Source: Candidatus Acidiferrum sp. (GTDB lineage: Bacteria; Acidobacteriota; Terriglobia; Acidiferrales; UBA7541). Taken from it: a DNA stretch of 33,274 bases. The position numbers and the translations under genes were made by a program. The stretch covers positions 1-33,274 of the forward strand of contig DASSYL010000585.1 in assembly GCA_035703315.1 (NCBI GenBank), read 5' to 3'. Shown here piece after piece: positions 28,425 through 33,274 of the stretch; the first letter of the stretch is position 1; each line of letters starts with the position of its first letter. Under the pieces are notes generated by a model. The model was not told where the DNA came from and did no database searches. It worked only from the letters and a program-made list of their open reading frames with translations.

Positions 28425-30026
28425 CTATGGCCTTCGCCCTCGCGCTCCGCCTTGCCATTGCTCCCAATATCCCAAGAGCCGCATCTGCTCATCCAGGCCG
28501 GTTTGCTTGACGATGGCGTCGAGTTCAGCGCGTGTGAGCCGTTTGCCAATGGGTTCGGTTCGGTCGGCAATTCCCCACGCCGTCAGCGCGGCAATCGCCG
28601 TGTTGAGCTTCAATTCGCGCTGATCCACTTTGTCAAAGGTATCGGACGCGGCGTGGTAGTTTGCCAGGTAGTTCGAAATTTCCTGGTTGGCGACAAACGT
28701 CGGAACTCCTTCGAGCAGAAAGTCGAAGTTGTCTGTTCCGAATGATGCGTCGGAGGTATGCTGCGTAGCGTTCCAGGTTTCCAGAGGCTTCAGAATCTGT
28801 TCAAGGGCAGGCAGCGTGTCGGTGCGGCCGCCAAGCGAGTAGCCAGAAACGCGGCCGCTCCCCGAATCGAAAATGATCACCGCGCGCATCTTGTCGAGTT
28901 CGGCGGAGTGGGATTTTACGTAGGCAAACGAACCGATAGTGCCCTGCTCTTCGCCAGTGAAAAGTACAAACCGAATCGTGCGCTTGGGCAGCACGCCCAT
29001 GGCCTTGATGGCGCGCGCCGCGTCGACGACCAGCGCCGCATTGCAACCATTATCGAGTGCACCTGTTCCGAGCTCCCAGGAATCCAGATGCGCGCCTAGA
29101 ACCACAACTTCTTCGGGCTTTTCGTAGCCGCGAATTTCGCCTACCACATTTTCCTGTTCCATCGGCCCGCCGGCTTCGTTGGGCATCGCCAGCTTCACGC
29201 GCACTTTCACTCGACTGGATCCTTGACTTGCGGCCACCAGACGAGCGAGACGAAGCGCATCTTCACGGGCGACGACGGCTTGCGGAATCTTGTCGATCTC
29301 GCCATTCAGCGAATTCGTGTGGCGATAAAGCAGCAGCCGTTCGCGCGCGCTAGTCCACAAAATTGCGGCGGCTCCTTCTTTTACCGCGCGCGAGATAATC
29401 CCCGGCGGCCGCATATACTCATTGAAAAGATCGGGCCATGTGGAACCTATCTCGCTACGGACAAGCAGGATCGCGCCCTTGAGATTTCCAGCGCGGGAAA
29501 TTTCAGAGTCGCTGCCATCACCGATGTCGATGACGTGAGCTTCAATACCAGCGCGAGGAGCAGCCGGCGACCAGCCTGTTGAAACTGCCCGCAAGGTTGT
29601 GCCGGCCGCACTCGCGGACGCCGGCGCAGTGATGGTGAGCCGCGTTGCTCCTTCTTTCCACGTTACGGGCAGCGCGTATTTCTCTGTGTGCACGTCTACG
29701 CCAGAGCCGCGGAACCCGGCTACGCCCCACTCGACCGCTTTCGCCATTTCCGGAGTGCCGGAGACGCGGCCACCGATTTCATCCGTCAGCTTGCGGAGAT
29801 TCTCGATCATCGGCGAATCGCCCAGGACAATCGGAATCAGTTTTGCCGCAGCCTGCGCGCACGAAGAAGCATCCGTGGCGGAACACGCGGTGGCACTCTG
29901 CGACGCCTGCAATTTGCTCAGTGCATCGGTTTGCGAGGGCGTCAGCTGCGCGCCGATCGGCATCGCGATCATGGTAATTGCGAGAAACGGAACCAAGCAG
30001 AACAAAGTTGCTGAAATTGTGCGCAT
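28425..30026 (-). CDS. Secreted M28 metallopeptidase (carboxypeptidase Q-like) with PA domain
   Basis: LTDEIGGRVSG, LGAHLDSW, GALDNG, FTGEEQG, YHAASDT; signal peptide from ATG 30026. Confidence 0.92.
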   Translation of the reverse strand: MRTISATLFCLVPFLAITMIAMPIGAQLTPSQTDALSKLQASQSATACSATDASSCAQAAAKLIPIVLGDSPMIENLRKLTDEIGGRVSGTPEMAKAVEWGVAGFRGSGVDVHTEKYALPVTWKEGATRLTITAPASASAAGTTLRAVSTGWSPAAPRAGIEAHVIDIGDGSDSEISRAGNLKGAILLVRSEIGSTWPDLFNEYMRPPGIISRAVKEGAAAILWTSARERLLLYRHTNSLNGEIDKIPQAVVAREDALRLARLVAASQGSSRVKVRVKLAMPNEAGGPMEQENVVGEIRGYEKPEEVVVLGAHLDSWELGTGALDNGCNAALVVDAARAIKAMGVLPKRTIRFVLFTGEEQGTIGSFAYVKSHSAELDKMRAVIIFDSGSGRVSGYSLGGRTDTLPALEQILKPLETWNATQHTSDASFGTDNFDFLLEGVPTFVANQEISNYLANYHAASDTFDKVDQRELKLNTAIAALTAWGIADRTEPIGKRLTRAELDAIVKQTGLDEQMRLLGYWEQWQGGARGRRP

Positions 30027-30078
30027 GGAAAAGTAAACCTCGCGGCTGCTGAATTTCGCCGAGTCAAACCGCGGAGGA

Positions 30079-30948
30079 TTATAGCTGTTCAAGCACGCAA
30101 TCCGTAACGCGGGCGACCTGAGCCATTTCGCCCACGTCGTGGACGCGCACGATGTGGGCGCCGTTGAGGATGCTGCCGGCGACGGTTGCGGCTGTGCCCC
30201 AGAGCCTCTGATCGGATGAAGCTGCCTTGCCATTTTTTGCGAGCGTCGCGCCGAGAAAGCCTTTGCGCGAAGTACCAACCACAATCGGATGACCAAGTTT
30301 GGCGAGCTCGGGAAGTTTGGCGAGCAGTTCGTAGTTTTGCAGAAAGCTTTTGCCGAAGCCGACGCCTGGATCAATCACGGTTTGTGATTTCGCCACGCCG
30401 GCTTTGCGCGCCACAAAAATAGAGCGCCGCAATCCCTCGACGACGTCTCTCAGAACGTCGCGGGCGAATGGTCGCTTCTGCATGGAGCGCGGACTGCCGC
30501 GCATGTGCATCAGGATGAGCGGTGCGTCGTACTTCGCGGCGATGCTGGCGAGCCCGGGATCCGACCGCAAACCGGAAACGTCGTTGAGAATTTGCGCGCC
30601 GGCGCCGAGTGCAATTTCCGCGACGGCAGATTTTTGCGTATCCACGGAAATGGGAATCTTGAGCTTTCCGTGAAGCGCTTCGAGAACCGGCAAAAGGCGG
30701 CGGAGTTCTTCGGCCGCGGAAATTCCTTGCGAGCCTGGGCGAGTAGACTCTGCGCCGATATCGATGATGTCGGCACCGTCGCGCTCTATCGCTAGCGCCT
30801 GAGCGACGGCCCGCTTCACATCAAGGAATTTGCCTCCGTCGGAAAAACTGTCGGGCGTGACGTTCAGAACGCCCATGAGCAACGTGCGTTCGCCGAGCTG
30901 CAAAATTCCGCTGCGCAATTTCAGGCGAAAAAGTTTTCGTTTGTGCAT
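30079..30948 (-). CDS. folP: Dihydropteroate synthase
   Basis: MGVLNVTPDSFSDGG, DIGAESTRPG, DPGVGFGK, GTSRK, VRVHDV. Confidence 0.97.
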   Translation of the reverse strand: MHKRKLFRLKLRSGILQLGERTLLMGVLNVTPDSFSDGGKFLDVKRAVAQALAIERDGADIIDIGAESTRPGSQGISAAEELRRLLPVLEALHGKLKIPISVDTQKSAVAEIALGAGAQILNDVSGLRSDPGLASIAAKYDAPLILMHMRGSPRSMQKRPFARDVLRDVVEGLRRSIFVARKAGVAKSQTVIDPGVGFGKSFLQNYELLAKLPELAKLGHPIVVGTSRKGFLGATLAKNGKAASSDQRLWGTAATVAGSILNGAHIVRVHDVGEMAQVARVTDCVLEQL

Positions 30949-30983
30949 CAGCCTTCGCTTGGCATCGGGGGGCGGCGAAAAAT

Positions 30984-31292
30984 TCAGTCCAGGTCGAAAT
31001 CGCGGATGGGTTTTCCGGCGGGCGCGTCCTTGGCTTTTTTCATGGCCTCTTCGAATTTTTTGGCGAGGATGTCTTCCTTATTGGTTTCCTGGAACCAGGA
31101 GTCGGCGAACTTGTCTTCGCGCTGGCGCTGCTGTTCTTGCAGGATACTGGACGCCTGGGTCAGGTCCACGTCGGGGCCTTTTTTGGGCGGCGCTTCGTGG
31201 GAGAGCACTGCGCCAAAAACGGGATCGACCACCAGTTTGGCCTGGCAGCAGGGGCACGTCACGTTGAGGTTGTCGGTGCCGCGTTTGCTCAT
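30984..31292 (-). CDS. Small hypothetical protein (CPCC motif plus coiled coil)
   Basis: VTCPCCQAKLVVD, charged helical C-half, ends KPIRDFDLD; TACAAT 6 nt before ATG 31292. Confidence 0.8.
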   Translation of the reverse strand: MSKRGTDNLNVTCPCCQAKLVVDPVFGAVLSHEAPPKKGPDVDLTQASSILQEQQRQREDKFADSWFQETNKEDILAKKFEEAMKKAKDAPAGKPIRDFDLD

Positions 31293-31514
31293 GGGGCCAT
31301 TGTACGACTGGTGGGGCAATGAAGAAAGCGGGCGGTGGCCGATTTCTCGACCGAGTGCTGCTGCTCCCGAGAGACGGATGGCTCTAAAGGAGTTAGTGGG
31401 GCTTTGCCGGGTGTACCGACACACTTCCATTGAACGTAAAATCGCCCCCAGTCCCCGAACCGCCAAAAAGAGAACGGACAGAGAAACCCGAAACAACCCG
31501 AAGACAACCCAAAG

Positions 31515-31539
31515 CCAAGGTTCACAAACCGAACCTGGG
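31515..31539 (-). terminator. Probable terminator after the PIN/TRAM gene
   Basis: AGGTTC/GAACCT stem (31518-31536) followed on the minus strand by U/G-rich sequence. Confidence 0.4.
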
Positions 31540-31549
31540 GCAGCCAGCG

Positions 31550-32647
31550 TTACTTGGTGGGGTCGGGATAGAGGGAGCGGCCGGGGCCGGGTTCGGTTGC
31601 GCGGGCGGAGCGGCCTGCGGCTGCGGATTGACGAAGCGGAGGAGGAGTATCCTGGCGGTCATCGATGCGGCCGAAGATCATTTTGCCGGCGGGGGTCTGG
31701 TGGACGGAGGTGACGAGGATGTCCACGGTTTTGTTGATGAGGCGGCGGGCGCCGTCGACGACGACCATGGTGCCGTCTTCTAGATATGCGACGCCCTGAT
31801 TGACTTCCTTGCCTTCGCGGAGAATGAAGACGCGCATGCCTTCGCCGGGAAGAACAGCGGGGCGCAAAGCGTTAGCGAGAAGATTGATATTGAGAACGCT
31901 GATGCCCTGGACGCTGGCGACTTTGTTGAGATTGAAATCGTTGGTGACGATTTTGGCGTGAAAGCGGAGGGCCAGTTCGACGAGCTTGCGGTCGACATCG
32001 CCGGTCTGGCCGGGAATGTCTTCGATGATGCGGACTTCGTGGGATTGCAGCTTCTGGATGCGCTGCAGGACTTCGAGGCCGCGGCGGCCGCGCTGTCGGC
32101 GGAGACTGTCGGGCGAATCGGCGATGGTCTGAAGTTCATGCAGGACAAATTGAGGAACCAGCAGCGGCCCATCGAGGAAATGGGCTTCGCAAATGTCGGC
32201 GATGCGGCCGTCAATGAGGACGCTGGTGTCGAGGAGTTTGCCGTCGGCGTGAACGGAGGGAGCGCCGGGGCGAAGTCCGAACAAGGCATTGAGCCAACTC
32301 GTCTTGAGCGACCCAAATTTGCGCGAGCCGAGTACGACGCCGGTGTAGCCGAAGGCCAGCAGCGAGGCGTACTCGAAGAAGGATTTGGTGGATTCCGGCT
32401 GCGAAGTGCGGGCGATGATGGCGGAAACAAGCAGCGCGGCTAGCGCGCCGAGAGTGCCACCAATAGCACCGCCGAGAAGCACTGGAGAAGCGGAGCGTTT
32501 AAGGCGATGTTCGATGATGAAAATTACGAGCGCGAGACCGAGACCAACCGCGGCGGCGGACCAACTGTGAAGGCCGAAGGGTGCGAGGCTGAGAGCGATC
32601 GCAGCAGCGGCGGCCGCGAGAGAACATCGAAGCAGCCAAAGATTCAT
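31550..32647 (-). CDS. Membrane-anchored PIN/TRAM-domain protein (YacL family)
   Basis: About 4 TM helices; PIN motifs LDTSVLIDGRI, VLHELQ, TNDFNLNK; TRAM motif GKEVNQGVAYLEDGTMVVVD; start set at ATG 32647. Confidence 0.92.
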   Translation of the reverse strand: MNLWLLRCSLAAAAAAIALSLAPFGLHSWSAAAVGLGLALVIFIIEHRLKRSASPVLLGGAIGGTLGALAALLVSAIIARTSQPESTKSFFEYASLLAFGYTGVVLGSRKFGSLKTSWLNALFGLRPGAPSVHADGKLLDTSVLIDGRIADICEAHFLDGPLLVPQFVLHELQTIADSPDSLRRQRGRRGLEVLQRIQKLQSHEVRIIEDIPGQTGDVDRKLVELALRFHAKIVTNDFNLNKVASVQGISVLNINLLANALRPAVLPGEGMRVFILREGKEVNQGVAYLEDGTMVVVDGARRLINKTVDILVTSVHQTPAGKMIFGRIDDRQDTPPPLRQSAAAGRSARATEPGPGRSLYPDPTK

Positions 32648-32761
32648 GTCACGCGAAAAGCGGGATGAATCGGAATTCAACGCGAGGTTCTGCCCTGAAT
32701 GGGCGGTATCGGGAGATCTAGACGCCAGTGGCGCCTCAGGTTCGGGCAAAGTGCGGTTCAT

Positions 32762-33066
32762 ATTCAGTGTCAGGACTTCTCTTCCCTGTGCCCAGAGAAG
32801 AAGCCCTGCCAGCACAACGTAGCCGTTTCAAGGGTTGTAAGACAAACCTACTAACGTTGCACCGCAAGGGTTTTGTAAAACCAACCTTTTAACCCTGAAC
32901 GCCTGCGACCTTTCAGCGCGGAGTTGCTGAGTGCAGCGTGTGATGAAGCCACAAGAACCCCGGCACCTTGTAGATCGTGTAGCACTGCAAAATCGATACC
33001 GCGATCCGCCGGGGCCGCGAACAGAGGTGGCCTTGGCGGGTAACTCAACAGCCTGACATGCCCCTG
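32762..33066 (-). ncRNA. Candidate large structured RNA or leader, family unrecognised
   Basis: Closing stem 33058-33052/32774-32768 enclosing four hairpins, two with GNRA loops; G-U pairs consistently favour the minus strand; promoter directly upstream. Confidence 0.6.
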
Positions 33067-33072
33067 AATTCT

Positions 33073-33101
33073 TATATACGCCTCGAGGCGGTGGGCGTCA
33101 A
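33073..33101 (-). promoter_or_regulatory. sigma70-like promoter
   Basis: TTGACG (33101-33096)-N17-TATATA (33078-33073), downstream of the alr stop. Confidence 0.6.
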
Positions 33102-33137
33102 TACGCGCGAGCAAGACGAGCAAGCCGTGAGGGGTGT

Positions 33138-33272
33138 TTAAGAGACGTAAATGCGTGGGACGCGGGCGCTGACGGCACAAAGCAGATCGGAGGTGACGGT
33201 GCCGATGCTGCGCGCGACGAGGTTGGCGGCGAGGACATTGCCATTGCCATCGGGGCCGTAAACAGTGGCGAT
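33138..33272 (-). CDS. alr: Alanine racemase family protein, C-terminal 44 aa (5'-truncated, not in the ORF track)
   Basis: Hand translation IATVYGPDGNGNVLAANLVARSIGTVTSDLLCAVSARVPRIYVS* matches the Alr C-terminus (GTIxYE..C....RVPR.Y). Confidence 0.8.
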   Translation of the reverse strand: MATVYGPDGNGNVLAANLVARSIGTVTSDLLCAVSARVPRIYVS

Positions 33273-33274
33273 AT

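Noticed and set aside
28399-28467. Extended ruvX start overlapping the peptidase gene
   Set aside because: A TATAAT at 28420-28415 and ATG 28398 give a simpler, non-overlapping model
31485-31513. CRISPR or iteron array
   Set aside because: Only three 8-nt units with 2-3 nt gaps; no spacers, cas or rep genes
32648-32815. N-terminal extension of the PIN/TRAM ORF, and ORF 32851-33180
   Set aside because: Non-protein-like sequence coinciding with RNA stems; better explained as non-coding
32898-32925. Group II intron domain V-like hairpin (GCGCUGAAAGGUCGC)
   Set aside because: No AGC/CGC triad, stem too short, no domain VI or reverse transcriptase nearby
32650-33066. RNase P, SRP or tmRNA identity for the large structured RNA
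   Set aside because: GAAGAGAAGUCC and CAGAACCUCG only loosely mimic RNase P motifs and cannot form P4; CAUGUCAGG lacks the SRP GGAAGGAAGCAGC continuation; there is no T-arm or CCA end for tmRNA

Overview
GC-rich chromosomal window, most likely from an Acidobacteriota genome (inferred from gene content). It contains about 33 protein genes. Housekeeping genes: rlmB, apt, acyP, ada, mltG, ruvX, folP, a YacL-like PIN/TRAM gene and the 3' end of alr. Other loci: a DUF1080-like/LytS/LytTR unit next to a secreted phosphoesterase, a glycoside 3-dehydrogenase-type sugar operon, an Oar-like TonB-dependent receptor and a five-gene Lol-like envelope operon. I found no rRNA, tRNA, CRISPR array or transposase. 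The most notable signals are non-coding. (1) A ~300-420 nt minus-strand multi-hairpin RNA with its own sigma70-like promoter lies directly 5' of the membrane PIN/TRAM gene, whose AUG sits in a hairpin. (2) A ~145 nt plus-strand multibranch RNA has a promoter placed exactly at its closing stem, between the HAD gene and the receptor terminator. All folds were derived by hand and need computational and experimental confirmation.
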